DNA of 56,332 bases, taken from IMG/VR virus record IMGVR_UViG_3300028260_000001, positions 1 through 56,332 of that record. The stretch is one strand, 5' to 3'. Source of the stretch: a virus. Its lineage: Duplodnaviria; Heunggongvirae; Uroviricota; Caudoviricetes. Below, one piece after another: positions 7,184 to 16,551 of this stretch (within the stretch, counting starts at the first letter, position 1; every line of letters begins with the position of its first letter). Position numbers and translations under genes: made by a program. The notes beneath the pieces were generated by a model. The model saw only the letters and a program-made list of their open reading frames with translations, had not been told where the DNA came from and did not search any database.

Positions 7184-7500
7184 CTTTTTGCTCCTAGCAA
7201 TGCTTTACGGCCAGCTCTGTGACGCTCGAAGAATTCCTTTGCATCATTCTTTTCTTCAAGAGTCACGTGAAGGTATGCGAGCATGTAACGATCGATAATC
7301 ATATCGATGCGAGTTACTGCTTCGTCGTAGAGGATTTCATCCCGCTTGTACTTGTGCTCGTTGACATCAAGCTCAACTTCCATGTTCTGGAGAGCTACGC
7401 TGGCCTTACGAGTACGAATGCTGATACGGGCTACCGAAGCTACACCAACCGCGGCAGCAACGCCCAGAACCGACAACAGAGCTTTAGATGCGAAGTCCAT
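7180..7500 (-). CDS. N-terminal TM plus helical domain protein
   Basis: 106-aa ORF, AAGGA RBS, first gene after a promoter. Confidence 0.8.
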   Translation of the reverse strand: MDFASKALLSVLGVAAAVGVASVARISIRTRKASVALQNMEVELDVNEHKYKRDEILYDEAVTRIDMIIDRYMLAYLHVTLEEKNDAKEFFERHRAGRKALLGAKR

Positions 7501-7522
7501 AAAACGATCCTTTTATGTGTAT

Positions 7523-7562
7523 ACATTCACGTTCGTAATATAGGCTTTCAACAAGTTTAAAT
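7523..7562 (-). promoter_or_regulatory. Early promoter
   Basis: Minus strand TTTAAACTTGTTGAAAGCCTATATTACGAACGTGAAT. Confidence 0.75.
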
Positions 7563-7569
7563 CGACTTT

Positions 7570-7959
7570 TTACGTACTGAATACAAACCCTTCAATATCA
7601 CCTGTATCTGTAGTGATCGTAGTTACACTCACAATAGGACTTAAGATCTGTCCTAATGCCGGAGAAATGAAACGGAACAAGTTCTCCAAGTAATAGAAGA
7701 AATGATTGAACCCAGGACTGTAGCTCTCGAAGTGTTCACGCAGGCTATTGATGAATGCATTGTATTGCAGGTTGTTGTGCGTTAGATAGAACTGGTGGCG
7801 AGCCAACAAGAAAGCAGCTGTCTTCTTGTAGATGTCATCGACCAACTGCATGTTGATGTCGTTTGACATTAGGTCCTTTAAACTACCGATCAGGTTATAT
7901 GACCAAGCTTGTTCTACACGAACGAAATGATTGATGCCCTGCATATTGATACCTGTCAT
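7570..7959 (-). CDS. Hypothetical protein (129 aa)
   Basis: Probable start MTGINMQG at 7959; GGAGG RBS lies inside a palindrome. Confidence 0.7.
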   Translation of the reverse strand: MTGINMQGINHFVRVEQAWSYNLIGSLKDLMSNDINMQLVDDIYKKTAAFLLARHQFYLTHNNLQYNAFINSLREHFESYSPGFNHFFYYLENLFRFISPALGQILSPIVSVTTITTDTGDIEGFVFST

Positions 7960-7987
7960 AGTCCCTCCCGATCGGGAGGGACGTATG
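7957..7987. terminator. CATA-palindrome-TATG element overlapping an RBS
   Basis: Perfect 22-bp palindrome GTCCCTCCCGATCGGGAGGGAC at 7961-7982. Confidence 0.65.
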
Positions 7988-9385
7988 TTAGTTTGTACGA
8001 GGTGCATCTGGGTCAATAATGACCGGATCACCTTCTTTACGGTTAATGAATACACCCAGCGTAACAATACCCACGTGAGAAGTTACTTCAACGTTGGAAT
8101 CACCTTGGGCTCTAGATTCGTCTACACCTAATAAAACACCGTTGTATGTTTCTACTGAGTTGTCATTGACAGTCATGAACTTAACGGGCATACCAGGGAA
8201 CAGCAAATCAGAATCACCATGGAACCATTGTAGCTTCAAGAACATCCCACGTCGTTTAGCCATCTCCGAGTAATGCTTGAATGGGTTAGACGTAGCACGA
8301 TCATAAGCCCATCGTACGTTGTTGAACCCAGACTCCAGCAAACCTGTAGATACTTCGAACAGTGTAGATGCTCGGTCTACCAGCGTACGGTTATCCTTAG
8401 ACGTACCAAAGTCCCCTAGGAGCTTCGTAACGTCGCCAAAGCGTAAACCGTTACCCTGTTTAAGGTTATCGGCTAAACCGCTGTCTAATGAGCTTGCATC
8501 GCCTGTAGCGAGCACTGTTACATGTTGCTCATCGACTTTGTAGGTTCGCTCAGCACCTTGGTATCGATCGTTAGGTACGTTGATCAGTTTCAGTACTTTC
8601 ATGTTCTTCTTGTAACGAGTCGAATCGTACAAGGGATAGATGTACCAATACTGATCTTGGAGATACCGACCAAAGCCTGTAGGGTAAACCCCACCTTCTT
8701 CTTCATGGATGTAATGGGGTACGTCTTTCAACATGATCCCATCAGGGAAATCCATTACGGTACGGATCTCTGTGTTGTACCCATCTAGGAAGTTAATACC
8801 CTTAACGCGTTTGTTATCTTGGGTACTGACATCTCCCAACGTAGAAGCTAAGACTTCTTGGATGGCCTGCATTGGTTGTACTTGGCGTAACCCATTACCG
8901 TAAGACATCATGTTCACACGGAATGCATCTTCACCGATAAGCTGTACGGCTACAGACATCATACCGAGTTGGTTTAAAGATTCCCGTGAGTTAACCTGAG
9001 AGTCTTTGTTTGTAATCGCGTTGTTGAACTGCGTCATTAGCACAGCCCGATAACGTTTCACTTCAGACTTACGGGTAGTGTCCATTGCATTCGAGTTGTA
9101 CTTCAAAGGCACGTACACAACTTCACATTGCAGGTTATCTCGATTCGGTACAACGTCGTATTGGAAGTCCCCTTGGTTCATCAAGAACTGAATCATACGG
9201 CGATCGGAGAACTGTTCTTTAGAAGCGTAGTCTCGAGTCAGCGATTCGTATTCCACTTTGAAAGGTTTGATCCACTGGGTTTCATTAGCGATCAGTTGAC
9301 AATCAATCCGCCAACCCGAGTTACCTTCACCGTTATCTCGGATGTCGTCTACTTCTCGCATCAATAGCGTGTTATCAACAGACAT
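7988..9385 (-). CDS. Virion structural protein, phiKZ gp101-like (possible baseplate hub)
   Basis: 465-aa ORF; position in the conserved gp98-101 block; hub role is inference. Confidence 0.65.
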   Translation of the reverse strand: MSVDNTLLMREVDDIRDNGEGNSGWRIDCQLIANETQWIKPFKVEYESLTRDYASKEQFSDRRMIQFLMNQGDFQYDVVPNRDNLQCEVVYVPLKYNSNAMDTTRKSEVKRYRAVLMTQFNNAITNKDSQVNSRESLNQLGMMSVAVQLIGEDAFRVNMMSYGNGLRQVQPMQAIQEVLASTLGDVSTQDNKRVKGINFLDGYNTEIRTVMDFPDGIMLKDVPHYIHEEEGGVYPTGFGRYLQDQYWYIYPLYDSTRYKKNMKVLKLINVPNDRYQGAERTYKVDEQHVTVLATGDASSLDSGLADNLKQGNGLRFGDVTKLLGDFGTSKDNRTLVDRASTLFEVSTGLLESGFNNVRWAYDRATSNPFKHYSEMAKRRGMFLKLQWFHGDSDLLFPGMPVKFMTVNDNSVETYNGVLLGVDESRAQGDSNVEVTSHVGIVTLGVFINRKEGDPVIIDPDAPRTN

Positions 9386-9388
9386 CTC

Positions 9389-9964
9389 TTACTCCAGCAT
9401 GTAACGTTCGATTTGATCGACCATTGAGTTGTAGGGACGGATCTGACCACCCTGCATCATTCGTTCACGAGCTTGTTTATCAGAAGCCACCAAGTTACGA
9501 CGACGGTTCATCCGTGCGATGCCATCAAAGATACGGGAAGCAATCTCTCGATCCTTAGGGGACAACCGTTGTGCTTCTGCGTGCATCTCCAATGCCACTC
9601 GTTCCAACAAACGTAAATCATCAATTGGAGGGAATGCTTCTGGTGGGTAACCACCATACGTCATGTCAAGCCAATTACGGAAGTGTTCTTGGATATCCGA
9701 ATACATCTGGACACAGTCCCAACGATTCAGAATAGTGAACGAATAACCTTCATCGATAATCATGGCTAGGCCAGCACATGTCTGTTTAACATCCACGAGT
9801 TGGTTCATGCGTAGTTTATCGAGTTGCTTGTCCCCAGAGATACCAACGTAGTTCGTACGCAGGTATTCAGCTGAGTATTGTGCCAGGGTTGGAATCTGAA
9901 CATGATATCTCAAATTCCAAATCCGCCATGCAGCGGTGTTACGGGTGATCAGTGCTTTTTCCAT
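9389..9964 (-). CDS. Conserved jumbo-phage protein, phiKZ gp100-like
   Basis: 191-aa ORF; synteny. Confidence 0.65.
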   Translation of the reverse strand: MEKALITRNTAAWRIWNLRYHVQIPTLAQYSAEYLRTNYVGISGDKQLDKLRMNQLVDVKQTCAGLAMIIDEGYSFTILNRWDCVQMYSDIQEHFRNWLDMTYGGYPPEAFPPIDDLRLLERVALEMHAEAQRLSPKDREIASRIFDGIARMNRRRNLVASDKQARERMMQGGQIRPYNSMVDQIERYMLE

Positions 9965-9971
9965 GATTTAC

Positions 9972-11399
9972 CTACATTGCGTACTTCAGCAATGCGATTA
10001 CAACCGGGTAGTAATAATACCGTTCGAGGTTATCCCAATACCGGATGTTCTCTAACATTGCATCAAATTGTTTTTTGTCTATTTCTTCACGACGAATCAT
10101 CGACGTAGTCAACATCTCTAGTTTAGACTGGAGGTGTGGATCACAGCGATAGAACGACTCAGTGAACACATAGAAGTTGTCACGAACGATCGGATGGATA
10201 TCTGCAGGGATGCGATACTCTTGTCCGACATAGTTTCTTTCGTCTTCTGGTTTAACTCGACGGAACCATTCTAGGTCTCGTTCCATTTGTGTCCGGTAAG
10301 GACCTGGTAGAGGACGACGGGGTTTACCTTCGTGATAAGGAATACCCCATGGGCGTGCACGGTCTTCACCATCGTATTGCGAGTCTACGTCAGTAGGTGC
10401 TTCGATGGGGAATGCAAACCGAGGGATACCAGAGTAACCGATTGCTTGTAGTTCAGGACGCCAACGGGAGATCTTCGTGTTAACGAGATGTGTCCGTTCG
10501 GTGGAATCCGTGATCTTGTCCATGTCATGTCGCAGGATAGCGTCCCATAGCGTAGGCTGAGACATTACGGGTTCAGACATTACGTTCAGCAACTTGACCT
10601 TACGCATCCGTCCATCCATCGTGGTATCAACCATAGACACGAATGCCTTAGTTGCCCAATGGTCGTACGTCTTATAAAGCTGATCGGGTACTAAGAACGT
10701 TGAATGTTCTTTGGAGAAGAAATCCGTGATGTACTGGTCTACTAATGTACGCATCAATCGACGGTACATATCCGTACGGTATTGTTCTTCTTCTGTAACG
10801 AATGGACCACAGCCAGCATTAGCCGAAGCAGCAGAGAAGTAATAGACTTCTTCTGACTTACGCTTCAGGTCATTGAATCGTTCTTCAGTAAGCTCACTGA
10901 CTTGTTTCCATTCGATTGCAAACGTAGAACCCGATTGGATCGTTACACGTCTAGCGGAAGTAATGGTGAACAAACCTGTCTTACCATTACCAATACCTGC
11001 TGCAAACATGTCCCCTTGGTTGGGAGTCATGAAGCCGTAGGTGTGACCAGAACCAGTACGTGTCCAGACGTTGATCTGATCATCAGCCTGGCCATCCAGT
11101 GCTTGGCTAACTTTCAGCGGAATACGCTTAAGCCAACGGTACTGCTGTGCATGTGGTTCACGCATCACGTTTTGTGGTGTGGGTTCTTGGTCAGGACGCA
11201 AGATCTGAGACCAGTAATCCACAATCCAGTTCGAACCAGAAGTCCACTGCATCAAGTGCGAAGGTGGAGCGTATTCCTTGTCGATGGTAATGCCACGGAA
11301 CACTTCTGTTTCAATCTTAACCGCACCGTCAGGTACTGGACCTTGACCAGCATCATAGCACGGTTCTTCTGGCTTCTTAGCCGGTTGTACGATAGGCAT
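9972..11399 (-). CDS. Virion structural protein, phiKZ gp99-like (possible neck)
   Basis: 475-aa ORF, TAATG coupling; synteny. Confidence 0.65.
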   Translation of the reverse strand: MPIVQPAKKPEEPCYDAGQGPVPDGAVKIETEVFRGITIDKEYAPPSHLMQWTSGSNWIVDYWSQILRPDQEPTPQNVMREPHAQQYRWLKRIPLKVSQALDGQADDQINVWTRTGSGHTYGFMTPNQGDMFAAGIGNGKTGLFTITSARRVTIQSGSTFAIEWKQVSELTEERFNDLKRKSEEVYYFSAASANAGCGPFVTEEEQYRTDMYRRLMRTLVDQYITDFFSKEHSTFLVPDQLYKTYDHWATKAFVSMVDTTMDGRMRKVKLLNVMSEPVMSQPTLWDAILRHDMDKITDSTERTHLVNTKISRWRPELQAIGYSGIPRFAFPIEAPTDVDSQYDGEDRARPWGIPYHEGKPRRPLPGPYRTQMERDLEWFRRVKPEDERNYVGQEYRIPADIHPIVRDNFYVFTESFYRCDPHLQSKLEMLTTSMIRREEIDKKQFDAMLENIRYWDNLERYYYYPVVIALLKYAM

Positions 11400-13024
11400 T
11401 ATTCTCTCCTAACAGTTACGATATCGCCACACAACACAGTCATGATTCCATCGCGATTACCACGGAACCAAGGACCACCACGCATTTCCATTTGTCGGCG
11501 AGCCAGTGTAACGTCTTCTTGTTTAACTACCCCAGTCTTAAACACTGGAACATCTTTAGTCCACTCAGACGTACCTTCACCTGGACAACCCTCTACAGGA
11601 AGACGTTGCTTGAGTTTCACACCCAACAACTTCATCTCTTCGATAGGCTTGCGTCCAACACTGACACTGAACAGATTACACATAGTCCAGAATACAGTTG
11701 GGTAATTACGCAGATCATCCCAAACCTTATCATGGACAGCCCACCAGTTCCGATCAATAGAGATCTCGATGTGGTAGTACTTGGTTGGGTCTAGATCAAA
11801 TGGAGCCTTAAGCATTGTCGTGCCAGGTTCTAGTTCCAGCTGTAAGTCCATCCATTCGTTGTTGCGATACAGTCGGAAGTTAAACAACCCACCTGGACGT
11901 AGGATACACTTGGTACCTAGATCAGTGAAGTATTCCATGAAGTGTGGAGTGAAGAACCAATCACCGATATTAGTGAGGTCCAACAAACTACGCCGATCGT
12001 CTTTCTCAATACTTACCAGCCCTGTATAGAACGTAAAGGCATCGTAAGGCTTAAGGTTAGTTGTCCAGTCGTTTACTTGTGGATACTGAATATACGGTAC
12101 GTGCTTGGGTCGAGGTGCTACGAACCTACGGTCTAATGGACCACGTAAGTAAGACTGCTTGCGCTGAACTTGCTGGTAACGCTTCGGTTGTTGCTTAGGC
12201 CAGAACAAATCTGGAATCGGATTCTGATGACAAATCAGTGGATAACGAACATACACATGTGTAGGTTGTTCGAACCGTACGGTGTAAGTAACGGTTACAG
12301 TGTAAGCACCCGCTTTGTCGCTATTCGCTGCTGGTGTATCCGGAGTACCAGTGTAGTCAAACCAACCAACTACATCAAGCTGTCGTTCACGGATTGCTGG
12401 TTGCTCATGCTGGATAGTCAATGTCGCTACGTGTGTATGAGATTGCCAGAAGTACTTATCCAGATATTCCTGGAACGTTTCTTCGATAGGCCAATCGCTA
12501 CACTGGATCGTATCGTACATTGCTCTTAGCAAGGCTTGTAGTGGACGGGGAAGCATGTAGTAGTAATCTAACTTCAACGTTAGTTCAGCACCACCTCGTG
12601 AAACACGAGCACGTTGTTCATCTAACCAACGCTTAGCTTCTACGATACCACTAGATTGATATTCGATATCTACTCGGAAGTCAACCATCCGACGTACTGG
12701 ACAAACCTGAATGTCTCGAATGGGATCTTCCCAAATCGGTAGGTTCTTGAATGTGTTTACTGCTGTGGTCAACGCGAAGTTGTCATCAGCGATATCCTGA
12801 TAACGAATGACGGCTCGTGCCTCAGGGTCATAAACGATCTCTGTCGAACAACATGCACCGAAGCCACCATTATCCAGAGGAATCTTTTCAGAGTAACCTG
12901 GGAGATACACATGTGTACCTTTAGGGATGTCGATGATGTTTGACAGTTGTTCCGTAAGGTCTACCGCTACACGACGGATTACTGAGTCGTATGTATCTGG
13001 CAAGACCATTAATGCATGAGGCAT
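11399..13024 (-). CDS. Virion structural protein, phiKZ gp98-like
   Basis: Probable start MPHALMVLP at 13024 with GAGGGG RBS; synteny. Confidence 0.65.
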   Translation of the reverse strand: MPHALMVLPDTYDSVIRRVAVDLTEQLSNIIDIPKGTHVYLPGYSEKIPLDNGGFGACCSTEIVYDPEARAVIRYQDIADDNFALTTAVNTFKNLPIWEDPIRDIQVCPVRRMVDFRVDIEYQSSGIVEAKRWLDEQRARVSRGGAELTLKLDYYYMLPRPLQALLRAMYDTIQCSDWPIEETFQEYLDKYFWQSHTHVATLTIQHEQPAIRERQLDVVGWFDYTGTPDTPAANSDKAGAYTVTVTYTVRFEQPTHVYVRYPLICHQNPIPDLFWPKQQPKRYQQVQRKQSYLRGPLDRRFVAPRPKHVPYIQYPQVNDWTTNLKPYDAFTFYTGLVSIEKDDRRSLLDLTNIGDWFFTPHFMEYFTDLGTKCILRPGGLFNFRLYRNNEWMDLQLELEPGTTMLKAPFDLDPTKYYHIEISIDRNWWAVHDKVWDDLRNYPTVFWTMCNLFSVSVGRKPIEEMKLLGVKLKQRLPVEGCPGEGTSEWTKDVPVFKTGVVKQEDVTLARRQMEMRGGPWFRGNRDGIMTVLCGDIVTVRRE

Positions 13025-13059
13025 GTCACACCCCTCGTTAGTTTGAAAGTCATAAGATT

Positions 13060-13095
13060 CGGCATAAAGCCTTCCCCGGAGGGAAGGCACTTATG
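13060..13095 (-). terminator. CATA-hairpin-TTTATGCCG element
   Basis: Minus strand CATAAGTGCCTTCCCTCCGGGGAAGGCTTTATGCCG. Confidence 0.7.
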
Positions 13096-13098
13096 TTA

Positions 13099-15240
13099 TT
13101 ACTTAGCAGCTGTGCTACCTTTGACTTTCTGTACCAGGTGGACGAGGTTATCGGCCAGCAGGATCAAGTGCCATTGGAAGTTAGCGTAGTTGTCAGTCGA
13201 GGTCTGCATTGCATTCCAGAACTGAGTAACCAGGGCATTACGGGCTTTGTCGTTTTCAGCAACGGATTGCTTATCACCAGCACGATCAACTTGGTTACCT
13301 TCAGACTTCGCACGGTTAACGGCGTCGATAGAATCAATGATACCTTTACCAGCAGCTGCCGCAGTACCACGGCTCAGACCAATCAGGACTTTGGCCAGTT
13401 GCAGCATCTTAACCAGTTCGGTTTTCTTCAGTTCTACAGACTCAGGACCATTACCTACACCGCCATCGTTTTGAACCGATGTTGGGATAGCACGCTCACC
13501 GAGGTTGGCCATGTCTTGTACCATCGAGCCAGTAGCTTTCTTCTCTACTTTCTCAAACGAGAACTTAGCCAGCTTAGATGGCTGGTAAACAGAAGCAGGG
13601 TAGGCTTTGCATGGCAGGCCAACTTTCAGTGCTTTCTGTACGATACCAGTGGACTTAACCGAGTCGCCTTCTTTAGCAGCCTGCGATAGCAGCTTGGCGA
13701 TGGCTTCAAGGAACTTACGGTCATGTGCGAACACACCTGCAACTTCACCCAGCCATTGAATCTCAGCGGTAACTGCTTTAACCGGACCACCTTCACCACG
13801 CAGTGCAGCTGGCACTTTAACGGTAACAGCTGAATCCAGAGTCAGATCTTTAACACGCAGGATCTGTACGTCCAGAGCTTTGTTGATTGCATCGGCCTGA
13901 GTTTCAACAGCCTTCAGATGCATCTTCTCGTTCATGGACTTAGCGAAGTTATCCATGAAGCTGTCACGGACATGTTTCAGTTTCTTCAGGAAGCTACCGA
14001 ACGATTCCAGCGAGTTGGTGTAGTAAGCGTCCAGGTTCTTTTCCGAGTAGTCTTCCATCGAAGGAATGACTGGAGCTTCACGATCCAGCTTAGCAGCCAG
14101 GTATTGTAGTTTGGACTGAGCCAGAGCTACGGTCTGTGCGTTGAAGCGCTTGGTACGAATACCGTGTTGCAGAACACCGATGAATTCTTCAGTCGAAGCA
14201 ACGTCGCCTTCCAGTTCAGCTACCGACTTAGAAGTATCAACGATTTCCTCGTCGAGTTCTTCATCTTCAGCAACTGCTTCGTCGGCTTCTTCTTCCGCTT
14301 CAACAACATCGTCTTCTGTGGTTTCGGTATCTACGTCAGGGATATCGAGGTCAACCCCGTCATCTTCATCAGAATCGGTTTCTTCGCCGATTTCGCTTTC
14401 GGCTTCGGTTTCTTCTTCGGAGCCAGTTTCTTCACCGGACTCTTCTTCGCCGCTACCTTCTTCTTCACCTTCGCTTTCTTCTTCACCGGTTTCTTCGCCT
14501 TCGGCTTCGCTACCGGTTTCTTCGGAACCACCTTCAGCTCCGTCGCCCAGACCATCATCACCACCTTCTTCCGCGCCTTCGTCACCACCAAGGCCGTCTT
14601 CTTCTTCGGTTACTGGTTCTTCGAGTTCAGTAGTTTCCTCGGAACCGGTTTCATCACCGCCAGTTTCCTCGCCACCCAACTCATCCCCACCGAGACCATC
14701 TTCCGAACCTGCATCTTCAACAGGTTCTTCCGCTCCGCCAAGATCGTCAGCGGAATCACTGCCACCAGCATCAGCGCCCAGGTCATCGCCGCCGTCAGTG
14801 CCAGCGTCGCCACCAACAGCCTCGCCAGTGTCTGCACCCAAATCGGCGGATTCATCACCAGTTTCCTCTACAGGAGTTTCAGCAGCTGGTTCTTCTGCGG
14901 CAGGTGCTTCTGCACCGCCAGCGGATTCAGCTGGAGCTACTTGTGCTTGTTCGATTACAGCGGCATTAGCATCGCTGGCTTGTTCTGCAGCCTGAGCTGC
15001 TTCCGAGTGACCCGGATCTTCTACTACTTGTGCAGCTTGTACTTCGTCAGCCGAAGCAACCATAGCTGGACCAACCGATTCTGGGATTTCCAGGCTATCA
15101 GCAGGAGCTTCAGTAGTTGCAGTTGCGGCAGCTGGTGCTTCACCACCCGGTGCAGCTGAATTGTGCGCTAGTTGATCAGCACCTACTGGAGCGTCAACAA
15201 AGTCTTCAAAAGACGGAGTGAGATAAGACAAGATATTCAT
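13099..15240 (-). CDS. Inner-head protein with very long acidic propeptide, phiKZ gp97-like
   Basis: 713 aa; Glu/Gly/Asp-rich N-terminal half; S-x-E sites (PSFEDF, PSMEDY, NSLESF). Confidence 0.75.
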   Translation of the reverse strand: MNILSYLTPSFEDFVDAPVGADQLAHNSAAPGGEAPAAATATTEAPADSLEIPESVGPAMVASADEVQAAQVVEDPGHSEAAQAAEQASDANAAVIEQAQVAPAESAGGAEAPAAEEPAAETPVEETGDESADLGADTGEAVGGDAGTDGGDDLGADAGGSDSADDLGGAEEPVEDAGSEDGLGGDELGGEETGGDETGSEETTELEEPVTEEEDGLGGDEGAEEGGDDGLGDGAEGGSEETGSEAEGEETGEEESEGEEEGSGEEESGEETGSEEETEAESEIGEETDSDEDDGVDLDIPDVDTETTEDDVVEAEEEADEAVAEDEELDEEIVDTSKSVAELEGDVASTEEFIGVLQHGIRTKRFNAQTVALAQSKLQYLAAKLDREAPVIPSMEDYSEKNLDAYYTNSLESFGSFLKKLKHVRDSFMDNFAKSMNEKMHLKAVETQADAINKALDVQILRVKDLTLDSAVTVKVPAALRGEGGPVKAVTAEIQWLGEVAGVFAHDRKFLEAIAKLLSQAAKEGDSVKSTGIVQKALKVGLPCKAYPASVYQPSKLAKFSFEKVEKKATGSMVQDMANLGERAIPTSVQNDGGVGNGPESVELKKTELVKMLQLAKVLIGLSRGTAAAAGKGIIDSIDAVNRAKSEGNQVDRAGDKQSVAENDKARNALVTQFWNAMQTSTDNYANFQWHLILLADNLVHLVQKVKGSTAAK

Positions 15241-15343
15241 TGATTAGTACCTGTACAGGATTAAACACTTTTGGCCATGCCGTTCGTCCATGGCACAGCC
15301 CGACAATTTTGGACGAAACGTCGTTTCACAAGATTGCGTAAAA

Positions 15344-16507
15344 CTAAGCGATGTTGGCTTCGCAGACGTTTAGGGCTGCACGGACATTTCGCAGTACATA
15401 CGCATAGATAGACGTGTATGGATCAGCAATCCAAGCTACGTATGACTCAAGCACTGCAACGACTCTACGAGCATCTTCTTCACTACGTACACCGTTACGC
15501 TGTACTTCTGCGTTAACGCGTTCTATCGCAGCGAGAAGGCTTGCTAGCCCTTGCCTACGTGCATGACGACCAGTACCATTGTTAGACTTGGACAAAATAG
15601 CCAGAATCGAATCGCACTTGGTCAGTACTGCTTCCATCATGTTGTTATCGAAGTGTTCGAATCGAATAGCCGGTGGAGATTCTACGGGAGTCAATTGGGA
15701 TGGAACCATCTTGACACGAGTACCCGCTACTTGGTCTACTTGATCCGTACTGTGTTTGTTGGTATCGGTAATAACGAATCGGTGATTACCCATCAAGTGG
15801 GGAGAAATGTATTCGCCATTATCCAGCTTCATTACTGAAGCAGTACCGATCTTAACCGGACTTACTTGACGCATCAGGTCTGCTAAATAGTCCGCATCCT
15901 TCTGATCGTTCACAGCAATCACTACTTGGTTCACCCGAGACAACACGTTCTCCGAATGGGTGGTGAAATAGTTATCGGCTACCGCACGCAATACCGTCAG
16001 GCCATTAATCAAATTGATTGCATTGTTAATGGGACGATAGTTTACTGAGAGGTTTACGATCCGCGTACCAACCGTGAATGACGGGCTATCTTTCGCTGTA
16101 CGCGATTGAGTTCGCATGTTAGTGCGAATGTTCTCCAACGAATGACCATGCAACGCAGTATGTAACGAAAGTTTAAATTCCGCATCTACGAATACCTTTA
16201 TCCATTTCTTGATAAACGCAATAATCCGATCGAAGATTCGTACAACCGTATCACTGACGTTTTCCATGCCCGTAAAGAAGAACGGGGTGTCACCGATAGA
16301 CTCGTAAGGTTTGTAGTGTTCCAGGCTACCGATTAGATCAATGACTTCAGCAGTCGTGTCTTTATCGGAATCAGCCAACACTTGCGTCAGCTTAAGGAGT
16401 TCTTCATTAGCATCTCCCCCAGAGTCTTTATAGAACTTAGACATCCACTCGTCGCTCGTTTCACCACGGCGTTCTTCGAGATTAGTCAGTCTAGCTTTTA
16501 CGTCCAT
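15344..16507 (-). CDS. Inner-head protein, phiKZ gp96-like
   Basis: AGGAGG RBS before MDVKARL; SLE/GME sites then amphipathic helix IFDRIIAFIKKWIKVF. Confidence 0.7.
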   Translation of the reverse strand: MDVKARLTNLEERRGETSDEWMSKFYKDSGGDANEELLKLTQVLADSDKDTTAEVIDLIGSLEHYKPYESIGDTPFFFTGMENVSDTVVRIFDRIIAFIKKWIKVFVDAEFKLSLHTALHGHSLENIRTNMRTQSRTAKDSPSFTVGTRIVNLSVNYRPINNAINLINGLTVLRAVADNYFTTHSENVLSRVNQVVIAVNDQKDADYLADLMRQVSPVKIGTASVMKLDNGEYISPHLMGNHRFVITDTNKHSTDQVDQVAGTRVKMVPSQLTPVESPPAIRFEHFDNNMMEAVLTKCDSILAILSKSNNGTGRHARRQGLASLLAAIERVNAEVQRNGVRSEEDARRVVAVLESYVAWIADPYTSIYAYVLRNVRAALNVCEANIA

Positions 16508-16519
16508 TGGACCTCCTAA

Positions 16520-16551
16520 CATAAGACGGGACCCAAGGCCCCGTCTCTAGT
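16520..16551 (-). terminator. Hairpin-TTATG element
   Basis: Minus strand ACTAGAGACGGGGCCTTGGGTCCCGTCTTATG. Confidence 0.55.

Noticed and set aside
512-7560. Plus-strand ORFs across the early region
   Set aside because: All RBSs, promoters and terminators point to the minus strand, which is fully tiled
1450-7562. Spaced repeats as a CRISPR array
   Set aside because: Spacing is 0.9-2 kb and filled with genes; the repeats match the early promoter; no cas genes
14141-15159. Long Ser/Pro-rich and Phe-rich plus-strand ORFs
   Set aside because: Antisense shadows of the Glu/Gly-rich codons of the gp97-like gene; no RBS
15281-15327. GTCC...GGACGAAAC resembling a hammerhead ribozyme
   Set aside because: The CUGANGA core is missing upstream of the stem
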